DNA of 43,198 nt from an uncultured Muribaculaceae bacterium (GCA_964652065.1 CAZYZU010000001.1:1-43198), one strand, 5' to 3'; shown: positions 1-8,070, counted from the stretch's first letter. The notes: a model not told the origin generated them from the sequence alone. Translations and numbers: made by a program.

Positions 1-455
1 TGAACTCCAGCATTATTTATTAAAATATCTATTTTTCCATAACATTTAATTGTTTCATTAACAATTTTCTTACAAAAATCTTTATTAGTAATGTCCCCTT
101 TTAATAAAAGACAACTTCCTCCTAATGATTCAATATATGTTTTTGTTTCTAGAGCATCACGGTCCTCATTATAATAAGGAATTACTACTTTTGCTCCTTC
201 TTTTACAAACGCTATTGCGGCAGCTCTTCCAAGTCCGCTATCTCCTCCTGTAATTATTGCTACTTTATTTTTTAATTTAGAACTACCTTTATAGTTTGGA
301 TTATCAAATATTGGTCTTGGTACCATGGGATATTCCATTCCAGGTTGAACATTTTGAGATTGTTCAGGTGCCATAATTTTATATTTTGTATATTTTATTC
401 CTTCATTACCATAATATTTATAATAATCATTTCCAAAGCTATAATCAAAATCCAT
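1..455 (-). CDS. SDR-family oxidoreductase (YhdF/YghA-like), first ~151 codons; the 3' end runs off the left window edge
   Basis: Not in the ORF track because there is no stop in the window. Minus-strand translation from ATG 455..453 reads MDFDYSFGNDYYKYYGNEG...KNKVAIITGGDSGLGRAAAIAFVKEGAKVV...GKIDILINNAGV. It has the TGxxxGxG Rossmann motif and an NNAG motif. GGAGG lies ~6 nt upstream of the ATG. Confidence 0.8.
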   Translation of the reverse strand, partial: MDFDYSFGNDYYKYYGNEGIKYTKYKIMAPEQSQNVQPGMEYPMVPRPIFDNPNYKGSSKLKNKVAIITGGDSGLGRAAAIAFVKEGAKVVIPYYNEDRDALETKTYIESLGGSCLLLKGDITNKDFCKKIVNETIKCYGKIDILINNAGV

Positions 456-533
456 AAAAAAACCTCCTACAATTAAATATATGAGGTTTTATTTTATTTA
501 TGAAATTGATACTATAAAAAAGATGAAATTAAT

Positions 534-671
534 CTATTTTGTTTTTTTTATACATATTCCAATAGCTTCTCCTACTAACATTCCAAGACCTATTCCTAAA
601 GCTAAATTAAATTTTAAAGCAGTTGAGACTGCTACTCCTGCACACATACCAATACTCATACCTTCTGACAT
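534..671 (-). CDS. 45-aa glycine-zipper-like membrane micro-protein
   Basis: Hand-translated; below the track size cutoff. Sequence: MSEGMSIGMCAGVAVSTALKFNLALGIGLGMLVGEAIGICIKKTK*. Its ATG directly abuts the TAA of the preceding micro-ORF (TAAATG). It has a hydrophobic G/A-rich core and a basic tail. Confidence 0.4.
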   Translation of the reverse strand: MSEGMSIGMCAGVAVSTALKFNLALGIGLGMLVGEAIGICIKKTK

Positions 672-785
672 TTAATTTTCTTCTTTTTTTCTTTTGTTGC
701 TGTTTACTACTATAACTGCAATTGATATGCCCATGATTACCCATGGTAGGGCGTCTATAATAAAATCTTTCATCTTTATTCTCAT
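672..785 (-). CDS. 37-aa single-pass membrane micro-protein
   Basis: Hand-translated: MRIKMKDFIIDALPWVIMGISIAVIVVNSNKRKKEEN*. Its ATG overlaps the TAA of the XRE gene (TAATG). There is no separate SD, so any expression would rely on translational coupling. Confidence 0.35.
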   Translation of the reverse strand: MRIKMKDFIIDALPWVIMGISIAVIVVNSNKRKKEEN

Positions 786-1246
786 TATTTTTGATTGTTT
801 CTTTTAATGTATGCTGCAATTCCATATGCAAATATACATACACCAACTAATTTTAATCCAGCAAAGCTTCCATCACAAAATCCTTTTATAAATGTTCCTT
901 TTTCAGGGAAATCAAATACTTTAAGATTTTCAATTTGATAGGCTAGATTCATAATTAACAATCCTATTATAGCATACTTAAATTGTTTTAATCTATCTAT
1001 TATCCAAAGCAATTTAATGACTAATTCATCATCTTTATTATCTTCTCCATTTAATAAAGTAGTTACTGATATGCCTAGTATTTTACAAAGATCTTGAATA
1101 ATAGATAAATCTGGCATACTTTTTCCATTTTCCCATTTTGATACGGCTTTATTTGTTACTCCTAATTTTTCTGCTAATTGTTCTTGTGTTAGATTTTTTT
1201 GTTTTCGCTTAATTGAAATTAGTTTTCCTATTTTTTCTTGATTCAT
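785..1246 (-). CDS. XRE-family HTH transcriptional regulator with C-terminal transmembrane segments
   Basis: N-terminus IKRKQKNLTQEQLAEKLGVTNKAVSKWENGKSMPDL is a classic Cro/C1 HTH. The C-terminal half has two hydrophobic helices. GGGAGG RBS precedes the start. Confidence 0.8.
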   Translation of the reverse strand: MNQEKIGKLISIKRKQKNLTQEQLAEKLGVTNKAVSKWENGKSMPDLSIIQDLCKILGISVTTLLNGEDNKDDELVIKLLWIIDRLKQFKYAIIGLLIMNLAYQIENLKVFDFPEKGTFIKGFCDGSFAGLKLVGVCIFAYGIAAYIKRNNQK

Positions 1247-1318
1247 ATTTTATTTCCTCCCTTTTATATATTTTATAAACAGAAAGTAAATTAGTACATC
1301 CACTATAAGTAGAATTAA

Positions 1319-1570
1319 CTAATTTTTTATTTTATGAGCCGTAATAATAGTATAGCTATATGAATTAACTGTTATCTTTTGATTATAAATTTCTATATAA
1401 AAATTCTTTCCTTCTTTATATATTTTACTATTTTTATTAATAATTTGATTCTTACAATATGTAACTACATCTATATCCTCTAAATCTAAATTCTTTTTAA
1501 TTCTTTCTGTTCCCATTTCTGTTGTGTGTATTTTATCTATATTGGATAATAATATATCTTTATTACTCAT
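1319..1570 (-). CDS. small conserved hypothetical protein, DUF3781-like
   Basis: 83 aa. The IHTTEMGTERIKKNL motif resembles the DUF3781 signature as I recall it. AAGGAA RBS. Confidence 0.5.
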   Translation of the reverse strand: MSNKDILLSNIDKIHTTEMGTERIKKNLDLEDIDVVTYCKNQIINKNSKIYKEGKNFYIEIYNQKITVNSYSYTIITAHKIKN

Positions 1571-1601
1571 TTTAAATTCCTTTCATTATAACAAACTGAT
1601 A

Positions 1602-2369
1602 TTAGCTAATAGATACTGAACTAATTATTTCAGTTATGATATCATCTGTAAAATAATTTAGATTGTAACAAAATATATAGTATCTTTTATTACCTTTAAT
1701 AATACTTATTTCTTTAAAATTATCATTATTTTCTATTATTCCTTGGTTTATTCCTGTTATTAGGTCATAACCATCATTACTTGTTGGTATAAATTGTGAT
1801 AACATCTGAAATGTAAAATTCTCTCTCATCTTATCAACCGTAGTAAAGATGTTTGATTTATTGTTTTTTCTTTTAATTATTTCATTTAGTAATTCAATAT
1901 CATTATTGATGTTATTCTTTTTCATATATTTATCCGGATTAAATTTCGCAATTGAAATATTACCAATACTATCTGCTACTTCTTTAGTCCTTGAGATATA
2001 ACTTTCAGCTATTCCTATTGAGATTAAAGTTTTAGGACTTTTTTTATTATCTGTATTTAGTGAATATGTTAAATCTTTTCTTTGTGCAGATATTTCTTTA
2101 TTTTCTGTTAAATCTTTAGAAATGTTTTTTATCTTAAAATTCTTATAAACAATTGATTCACTATCATTGTAATCAATATGCTTAATATTATATGTATTTC
2201 CTATTTTTAAATCTTTAATATCGTCCTGATACTGACTGCTAGTATAAGCATTAACATCATAAATATATAACATAAAGCTCTTATACCCTATACATATAAA
2301 TAATAGGATTATTATTATAATTATTATTTTTGCTTTCTTTGATTTTTTTAAATTATTTTCCTGTTTCAT
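1602..2369 (-). CDS. membrane-anchored hypothetical protein (N-terminal TM, extracytoplasmic domain)
   Basis: 255-aa ORF with an AGAGGGGA RBS. The N-terminus KKSKKAKIIIIIIILLFICIGY is a signal-anchor. No recognisable family. Confidence 0.55.
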   Translation of the reverse strand: MKQENNLKKSKKAKIIIIIIILLFICIGYKSFMLYIYDVNAYTSSQYQDDIKDLKIGNTYNIKHIDYNDSESIVYKNFKIKNISKDLTENKEISAQRKDLTYSLNTDNKKSPKTLISIGIAESYISRTKEVADSIGNISIAKFNPDKYMKKNNINNDIELLNEIIKRKNNKSNIFTTVDKMRENFTFQMLSQFIPTSNDGYDLITGINQGIIENNDNFKEISIIKGNKRYYIFCYNLNYFTDDIITEIISSVSIS

Positions 2370-2468
2370 AATTTCCCCTCTATTTCAACATAAATGTTAT
2401 AGCAATTTTCTATATTTATATTTTTATTATAACATAAAAAAGATAAAACTATCGTTCTATCTTAATTT

Positions 2469-3125
2469 CTAAATATTAAATAATTTTCTAAATTCTTCTT
2501 TAATATTATCATAATAAAATATTAATAATCCTATTGATACAATTAAGGCAAAAACTAAACATATATATGATAATAAATTTGATGTTGTAAATCCAAATAG
2601 AACAAATATAACAGGTAATATTAATAGTAGGACATTTATAAGAATTAGTCTTAAATAATTAACTACATAATTGCTTCTAATAATAAGGGCTGTAACAAAG
2701 TTAAAAAGAAGTTCACATAAACAAAGTGATGGAATTATATAATTAATTATTATTTCTTCTTTAGTACCTAAATACCATAAGAATGTTAGAGATACTAATA
2801 GTAACCCATATTTTTCAAAGAATCTTAATATGTTTTGTGAATTCTTTAAAATGAAATACATTACTAAATAATTAGTTACAAGACCAGCTAAAATCCAGAT
2901 TGTATATGTTAAGTTTTCTCTTAAATATAGTTCTATAAACCCACTTATTATTAATATTGTTATTGATATAAATGAAATCATTCTTAAAATTAAAATATTT
3001 GTTTTTAATCTTATATTTGTTGGAAAAACTGTTTCTTTATTTTTTCCACTTAATTTATTTTGACATAATGGACAATAATCATCTTTAATATTAAAATCTA
3101 TTTTGCAGTTAGGACATCTTTTCAT
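2469..3125 (-). CDS. zinc-ribbon plus polytopic membrane protein (DUF6320-like)
   Basis: N-terminal CPNC...CPLC zinc ribbon followed by about 5 hydrophobic helices. Its ATG abuts the stop of the upstream acyltransferase-like gene (TAAATG). Confidence 0.6.
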   Translation of the reverse strand: MKRCPNCKIDFNIKDDYCPLCQNKLSGKNKETVFPTNIRLKTNILILRMISFISITILIISGFIELYLRENLTYTIWILAGLVTNYLVMYFILKNSQNILRFFEKYGLLLVSLTFLWYLGTKEEIIINYIIPSLCLCELLFNFVTALIIRSNYVVNYLRLILINVLLLILPVIFVLFGFTTSNLLSYICLVFALIVSIGLLIFYYDNIKEEFRKLFNI

Positions 3126-4361
3126 TTAATCCACCTCACTTGCATTTATTAATATTTCTATATTTTCATCAGTAAAGAATCTACAGAAGTTTTTTATTAT
3201 TTCATTATACTGATATTTAGTTGATATTCCTATTGATAAATCATCTTTAAATGAACAAAGAGTAAATTGAAATGATGTTGTTGCATTTAAAATATTAACA
3301 TTTTCAATATATTTTTCTAATTGTTTATCAAATGATATTTTACCTAAATTGGAAATACAACTTGTACTTTTATCTTCTGATAACTTATCTATTTTTCTTA
3401 AAACTAAATTTTTTAAATAAATTGGACTTATTCTACAGATAAAGTTTTTTTCAAAAGCAACCATATAATTTACTCTTTCACTTAGTTTTTCTGCAGTTAG
3501 ATTAGTTTTAAATTGTTTATTTACTTCTTTAATTACATCTTCTAATTTATCATTTCTATTTTTAAATTTGTATGAAACCGATGTTAATCCAAAGAAGTTT
3601 TTAGATGATGTTGATTTATAATAACTTCTTAAATCTACAGGAATATCTATTTTTATAGTTTTATTAAAGTCTGATTCTTTAATAACATCTTTACATGAAT
3701 ATATTAATACTGATACTAATAAAGAGGTTAAAGTAGCATTATATTTATGAGATAATTCCAATACTTTAGGTAATGGTAAATGTGTCTCCAAAAATCTAAT
3801 TTTATTTTTTAGTTTTTTTGATTTATAGAAATAAACTTTTCCTTTTTCTTCATTACTTTTTTTTGTTTTTTTATAATATTTATTAAAACTATCTTCTGCT
3901 TTTTCTAAATAAGATGCCTTAGTAGTTAAATCAATGTTTTTAAGTTGATATTTTATTTTTAAATAATTTCCAATTAAGGTTTTAAAGAAGTCTACACTTC
4001 CTCTTCCATCAGTAATAATATGTGATACTTCAAAATTAATTCTTTTTTTATAATAAGATACTCGATATAAAAAATCATCACTATTATTATATAATCTAAA
4101 ACAAATTGGTAAATTTTCAACTGTGACTTTATTCTTTTTATTGGTCTCTTCGAGATAATACCAGAAAATACCTTTTTTTAAGTTAACATTGAAATTTGAA
4201 TATATATCAATTGTATTATCAAGAGCTAATTGTAATTGTTCTTCATTAATTTCTTCTGTTAAAGTTGCTGAATATCTAAATATATTTTGAACTTGTCTAT
4301 CAGCGATAGAAGAATAAAATTTACCAATATTATCTAGTTTATACCATTTTCTATCTTTCAT
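3126..4361 (-). CDS. condensation / alcohol-acetyltransferase-like acyltransferase (HHxxxDG-type motif)
   Basis: 411 aa. EVSHIITDGRGS matches the HxxxDG active-site motif of condensation, WS/DGAT and AATase-type acyltransferases. AAGGAG RBS. Confidence 0.6.
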   Translation of the reverse strand: MKDRKWYKLDNIGKFYSSIADRQVQNIFRYSATLTEEINEEQLQLALDNTIDIYSNFNVNLKKGIFWYYLEETNKKNKVTVENLPICFRLYNNSDDFLYRVSYYKKRINFEVSHIITDGRGSVDFFKTLIGNYLKIKYQLKNIDLTTKASYLEKAEDSFNKYYKKTKKSNEEKGKVYFYKSKKLKNKIRFLETHLPLPKVLELSHKYNATLTSLLVSVLIYSCKDVIKESDFNKTIKIDIPVDLRSYYKSTSSKNFFGLTSVSYKFKNRNDKLEDVIKEVNKQFKTNLTAEKLSERVNYMVAFEKNFICRISPIYLKNLVLRKIDKLSEDKSTSCISNLGKISFDKQLEKYIENVNILNATTSFQFTLCSFKDDLSIGISTKYQYNEIIKNFCRFFTDENIEILINASEVD

Positions 4362-4403
4362 GTTATTATCTCCTTTCTCTTTTTCTTCTCTATTATATCA
4401 TAT

Positions 4404-4430
4404 AAAAAGTAGATTATATTATTAATCTAC
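4404..4430 (-). terminator. intrinsic terminator after the yolD-like gene
   Basis: Minus strand reads GTAGATTA-ataata-TAATCTAC followed by TTTTTATATG. The T-run leads directly into TATGATATAAT (extended -10). Confidence 0.6.
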
Positions 4431-4440
4431 TCAATGATAT

Positions 4441-4758
4441 TTAATTTATTATATCAACATTGTCTATATTATCAAATTCTATTATAGTATCTAGTAATAT
4501 AATATTTTTATTTACTAAATCAATATTTTTTACTTTACCAATAGTTTCAATATATTCAAATTCATTATAATATTTAATATCTACCATCGTTCCTTTTTTT
4601 ATTTTTATTATTTTATCATTTAAGAGTTTTTCTTTATCTTCTAATAATATTTTCTTTTCTTCTAATTCCTTTTCTTTTAGTCTTAAGGCCTCTCTAAATC
4701 CAGTTAATGCATCAAATGGTAAAAATTGTTTTGCTCTATCTAATGGTCTATCCTGCAT
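4441..4758 (-). CDS. YolD-like protein (accessory partner of Y-family polymerases)
   Basis: DRAKQFLPFDALTGFREAL matches the YolD-like motif. It overlaps the 3' end of the polymerase gene by 11 nt. GGAGG RBS. Confidence 0.7.
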   Translation of the reverse strand: MQDRPLDRAKQFLPFDALTGFREALRLKEKELEEKKILLEDKEKLLNDKIIKIKKGTMVDIKYYNEFEYIETIGKVKNIDLVNKNIILLDTIIEFDNIDNVDIIN

Positions 4759-6004
4759 TGTGACCTCCTATTAATTTGTTTCTTTCTCTTTGAGTTGCTT
4801 TATCATCTAGACTTATTCCTCTTAATATGGCATTTTTTCCGAATTTATTTTTAATATTATTCATAACCTTTTCTACTTCTTCTTCAGCTTTATCTTCTTT
4901 TACGTTTGTAAATAAATCTAATTGTTCTTGAGTTTTTTTCTCTATATTAAAAAAACCAATATTTATTCTTTTAACTGGGAAACTTTTATTGATATTTTTA
5001 TCATATTCTTGTAATACTAGTTTTAATATCTCATGATAATTATTAGTTAATTTAGGAAACTTTTTTGAAATAGAAAGTGATTCATTACTTTTATGATATC
5101 CAATATAAAAGTAAAATCCATTTGCACATACTTCTTTTTTTACAAGATCAAGACATCCTCCCGCAATCATTTCTGTTAAAACTTTTCTTGTATCTAAATA
5201 GTTATATGGATTAATTAAGATTTGTCCATTAGAAATAGAATTTGATTTAGGTTTATAGGCTTTTATTTCTTTGATGGTGGTTTTTTCTATTCCTTTAGAG
5301 TGATCTATAATTAATCTTGCATTTATACCAAATTCTTTATATAGAATTTTCTCATCGCAAACTGATATATCATACATATCATATAATCCTAATTTGTTTA
5401 ATCTTGTTGCGATACCTCTTCCTATTTGCCAAAAATCTGTTAATGGTTTATGATGCCATAATTCTTGTTTATATTTTTCTTCATCTAAATATCCAATATG
5501 ACTTTTTACATGTTTTGCAGTTATATCTAGAGCTATTTTTGTAAGATATAAATTTGTTCCAATACCCGCTGTTGCGGTGATACCATAATTATCATAAATA
5601 TCTTTCATAATTGTTTTTGCAAGATCTAGGGCATTCATATTATACATTTTTAAATAGTCTGTTACATCTAGAAATGCTTCATCTATTGAATAAACATGAA
5701 TATCTGATTTATCAATATATTTCAAATAAATTCCATAAATATTTGCTGAATATTCTATATACTTTTTTATTCTCGGCATTGCAGTTATATATTTAACTTC
5801 TTTTGGTATTTCAAAAACTCGACATCTGTTTCTAATTCCTCTTTCTTTCATATGAGGACTTATTGCAAGGCAAATTGCTCCAGAACCTACTTTTGGATTG
5901 GCTACTACTAAATCTGTTTTAAATGGATCAAGTCCTCTTTCTACGCATTCAACTGAGGCATAAAATGTTTTCAAATCAATACAAATATATATTCTTTGTT
6001 TCAT
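4748..6004 (-). CDS. Y-family (UmuC/DinB/UvrX-like) translesion DNA polymerase
   Basis: IYICIDLKTFYASVE and SIDEAFLDVT are the catalytic Asp/Glu motifs of Y-family polymerases. I moved the start to ATG 6004 because the track start is a GTG inside the GAGGTG RBS. Confidence 0.85.
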   Translation of the reverse strand: MKQRIYICIDLKTFYASVECVERGLDPFKTDLVVANPKVGSGAICLAISPHMKERGIRNRCRVFEIPKEVKYITAMPRIKKYIEYSANIYGIYLKYIDKSDIHVYSIDEAFLDVTDYLKMYNMNALDLAKTIMKDIYDNYGITATAGIGTNLYLTKIALDITAKHVKSHIGYLDEEKYKQELWHHKPLTDFWQIGRGIATRLNKLGLYDMYDISVCDEKILYKEFGINARLIIDHSKGIEKTTIKEIKAYKPKSNSISNGQILINPYNYLDTRKVLTEMIAGGCLDLVKKEVCANGFYFYIGYHKSNESLSISKKFPKLTNNYHEILKLVLQEYDKNINKSFPVKRINIGFFNIEKKTQEQLDLFTNVKEDKAEEEVEKVMNNIKNKFGKNAILRGISLDDKATQRERNKLIGGHNAG

Positions 6005-6022
6005 TTTATTCACCTCAAAATT

Positions 6023-6051
6023 ATTATATCAAATATTTGTTCGCAATGTAA
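6023..6051 (-). promoter_or_regulatory. candidate promoter (TTACAT-17-TATAAT) with an SOS/Cheo-box-like element in the spacer
   Basis: Minus strand reads TTACATTGCGAACAAATATTTGATATAAT. CGAACAAATATTTG (6030..6043) matches CGAAC-N4-GTTCG at 11 of 14 positions. Confidence 0.35.
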
Positions 6052-6070
6052 GACTTACTAAAAATTTCCA

Positions 6071-6095
6071 AATAAAAAGAAGAATATCTCTTCTT
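6071..6095 (-). terminator. intrinsic terminator after the LarC-like gene
   Basis: Minus strand reads AAGAAGA-gatat-TCTTCTT followed by TTTATTT. It overlaps the stop codon. Confidence 0.55.
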
Positions 6096-6879
6096 ATTCT
6101 ATAATCATAGTTCTTAGAATACCGGATGTTTTATATTCTCTTTTTCCAGCTCCCAGACCTATTTTTTTAATTTTATAATTTTTAGGTAGTTCTTGTTTAG
6201 CCTTTAGAGCTGCGACTATTGCCATACCAGTTGGTGTTACTAGTTCTCCTTCAACATCTGTTATATGGATATTATAGCTATATTTAGCTAGTATATTAGC
6301 TACCGCTGGTACTGGTATTGGAATTATTCCATGTTGACAGTTAATATTTCCAAAACCTTCATATAATTCTGATACATAAACATCAGAAATATTTAAATCA
6401 TCAATACAAAATGCTACTGCAATTATATCTACTATAGAATCAATTGCGCCTACTTCATGGAAGAAAACTTTATCTTTATCTGTTCCATGAGCAATAGATT
6501 CTGCATCAGCAATAACATCAAAAATGTTTTTTGCAATCTCTTTAGCATTATCAGTAATATTTGTATTATCTATTATCTTTAATATCTTTTCTAGATTTGT
6601 ATGTTCATGATGGTTATGATGGTGTTCTTCTTCATGATGATGTTCATGTAAATATTTCATATCATGATCATGATTATCGTGATCTAGGATAACATTAAAA
6701 TCACTTGCATCTATACCTGATTTTTTTACTTTTGTTATTTCTATTTTATAACCTTCTACTGGAATTGATTCTAGGGTAGATAATAGTTTGTCTTTGTTTG
6801 CTCCTAAATCTATTAAAGACGCAACCATCATATCTCCACTTATTCCTGCAAAACATTCTATATATAATTTATTTTTCAT
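6094..6879 (-). CDS. larC: LarC-family nickel-insertion protein, N-terminal (LarC1-like) portion only, His-rich
   Basis: MKNKLYIECFAGISGDM is the DUF111/LarC N-terminal signature. It has a His-rich stretch HDNHDHDMKYLHEHHHEEEHHHNHHEH. The protein ends at 261 aa (…GILRTMIIE*), whereas full LarC is about 400 aa. Confidence 0.7.
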   Translation of the reverse strand: MKNKLYIECFAGISGDMMVASLIDLGANKDKLLSTLESIPVEGYKIEITKVKKSGIDASDFNVILDHDNHDHDMKYLHEHHHEEEHHHNHHEHTNLEKILKIIDNTNITDNAKEIAKNIFDVIADAESIAHGTDKDKVFFHEVGAIDSIVDIIAVAFCIDDLNISDVYVSELYEGFGNINCQHGIIPIPVPAVANILAKYSYNIHITDVEGELVTPTGMAIVAALKAKQELPKNYKIKKIGLGAGKREYKTSGILRTMIIE

Positions 6880-6898
6880 AATAATCCTCCTATAAAAT

Positions 6899-6929
6899 AT
6901 TATACATCTTAAAGTTAAGTTTAAGTCAA
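6899..6929 (-). promoter_or_regulatory. MerR-type promoter: TTGACT-19 nt-TATAAT with a CTTAAA-N6-TTTAAG dyad in the spacer
   Basis: Minus strand reads TTGACTTAAACTTAACTTTAAGATGTATAAT. The spacer counts as 19 nt (6905..6923). It is near-identical to the promoter at 8071..8101. Confidence 0.5.
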
Positions 6930-6955
6930 CAAAAAAAGAGTATCTACACTCAATT

Positions 6956-7462
6956 TTATTTTTTAAATATTAATTTAAAGATTCTTCTTGTTAATGGTTG
7001 AATAAAGAATAATTGTCCTAATAACGCAAATGGGAAATTAAGTACTACAGTTTGTAAAAAGTTTGGTATAAAATTAATTAAAAATTTTACAAAAGTAAAC
7101 CCTGCTTCTTTAAAAATTAATCCTGGAAAGATTCCTTTATAAAGAATAGTCGCTAAAAAGCTCATTAATGGACACATTATACATACCGTTGAACAAATTA
7201 TTACAGTTTCAACGATCATTGGTTTATATTCTTTTGGGGGAATTGCTTTAAAAGCTAATTTCATTGATAATGGACTTCCTATAAATATTTCTGATAAATA
7301 AGCTAGTACAAATTCTATAGGAATTAAAAGAAGTGCAAATTTAAAATCTACATTTAAAAGTCCTCCATTTTCAATACTTAAACAATAGAATACAAAACAT
7401 GGTACAGTAATTATTACTGTAATTAAGGCAAAAGTTAATTTTTCTTTTTTACTACTTGGCAT
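6956..7462 (-). CDS. DUF2798-like polytopic membrane protein
   Basis: MPSSKKEKLTFALITVIITV... followed by hydrophobic helices. I moved the start to ATG 7462, which follows AAAGGAG. The track start lies 12 codons upstream with no RBS. Confidence 0.6.
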   Translation of the reverse strand: MPSSKKEKLTFALITVIITVPCFVFYCLSIENGGLLNVDFKFALLLIPIEFVLAYLSEIFIGSPLSMKLAFKAIPPKEYKPMIVETVIICSTVCIMCPLMSFLATILYKGIFPGLIFKEAGFTFVKFLINFIPNFLQTVVLNFPFALLGQLFFIQPLTRRIFKLIFKK

Positions 7463-7488
7463 TATATATACTCCTTTCTTTTTGCAAC

Positions 7489-7566
7489 AAAAAAACACAT
7501 ACTAAATCTAATTACATTTATAGTTCCGTAATCAGATTTACGAGTTTAAAACTCTACATGTGTCGT
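7489..7566 (-). terminator. compound stem-loop plus U-run between the cupin and DUF2798 genes (terminator or attenuator)
   Basis: Minus strand reads ACACAT..GAGTTTTAAACTC..TAAATCTGATTAC-N11-GTAATTAGATTTA..ATGTGT followed by TTTTTTTG. The second hairpin is a 13-bp stem with one G-U pair. Confidence 0.45.
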
Positions 7567-7622
7567 TTACCTATTTATTGCAAATTCATATATATTATAG
7601 CATTTCTTTTTTAAAAAATCTA

Positions 7623-8045
7623 TTATTTTTTTAAGCTGTTATAGTAATCATCATCTACTTTTTCTAACCATTCATTGCTTGTATCTTCTCCTGGTACTTC
7701 AATAGATAAATGAGAAAACCAAGAATCATTTTGAGCTCCATGCCAATGTTTAACATTAGCAGGTATTACTACTACATCACCTTCATTTAAAACTTTAACA
7801 TCTTTTCCTTCTTCTTGATAATATCCTTTACCTGATACACAAATAAGAATTTGACCACCACCTGTTTTAGCATGATGAATATGCCAATTATTTCTACATC
7901 TTGGTTCAAATGTTACATTAGCAATAAAGATTGGATCTTTTTTATATTCAGTTAAAGGATTTAGGAATGAATTTCCTATAAAGTATTTACTGAATCCATC
8001 ATTAGGTTTTCCTAAACCAAACATTCCACCTTTTTTATTTTCCAT
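7623..8045 (-). CDS. cupin-domain protein
   Basis: 140 aa. NWHIHHAKTGGGQILICVSGKGYY...GDVVVIPANVKHWHGA are the two cupin motifs. AAGGAA RBS. Confidence 0.75.
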   Translation of the reverse strand: MENKKGGMFGLGKPNDGFSKYFIGNSFLNPLTEYKKDPIFIANVTFEPRCRNNWHIHHAKTGGGQILICVSGKGYYQEEGKDVKVLNEGDVVVIPANVKHWHGAQNDSWFSHLSIEVPGEDTSNEWLEKVDDDYYNSLKK

Positions 8046-8070
8046 ATTTATTCCTTCTTTCTATATTTTT

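Noticed and set aside
456-533. AAAACCTC-N16-GAGGTTTT hairpin sequestering the SDR RBS
   Set aside because: The stem is short and AT-flanked with a long loop. It is equally explained as a weak terminator for the upstream micro-ORF unit. There is no supporting conservation information.
481-846. Track ORFs 481..675 (+) and 607..846 (-)
   Set aside because: They have low-complexity, implausible products and no RBS. They overlap two better-supported coupled micro-ORFs on the minus strand in another frame.
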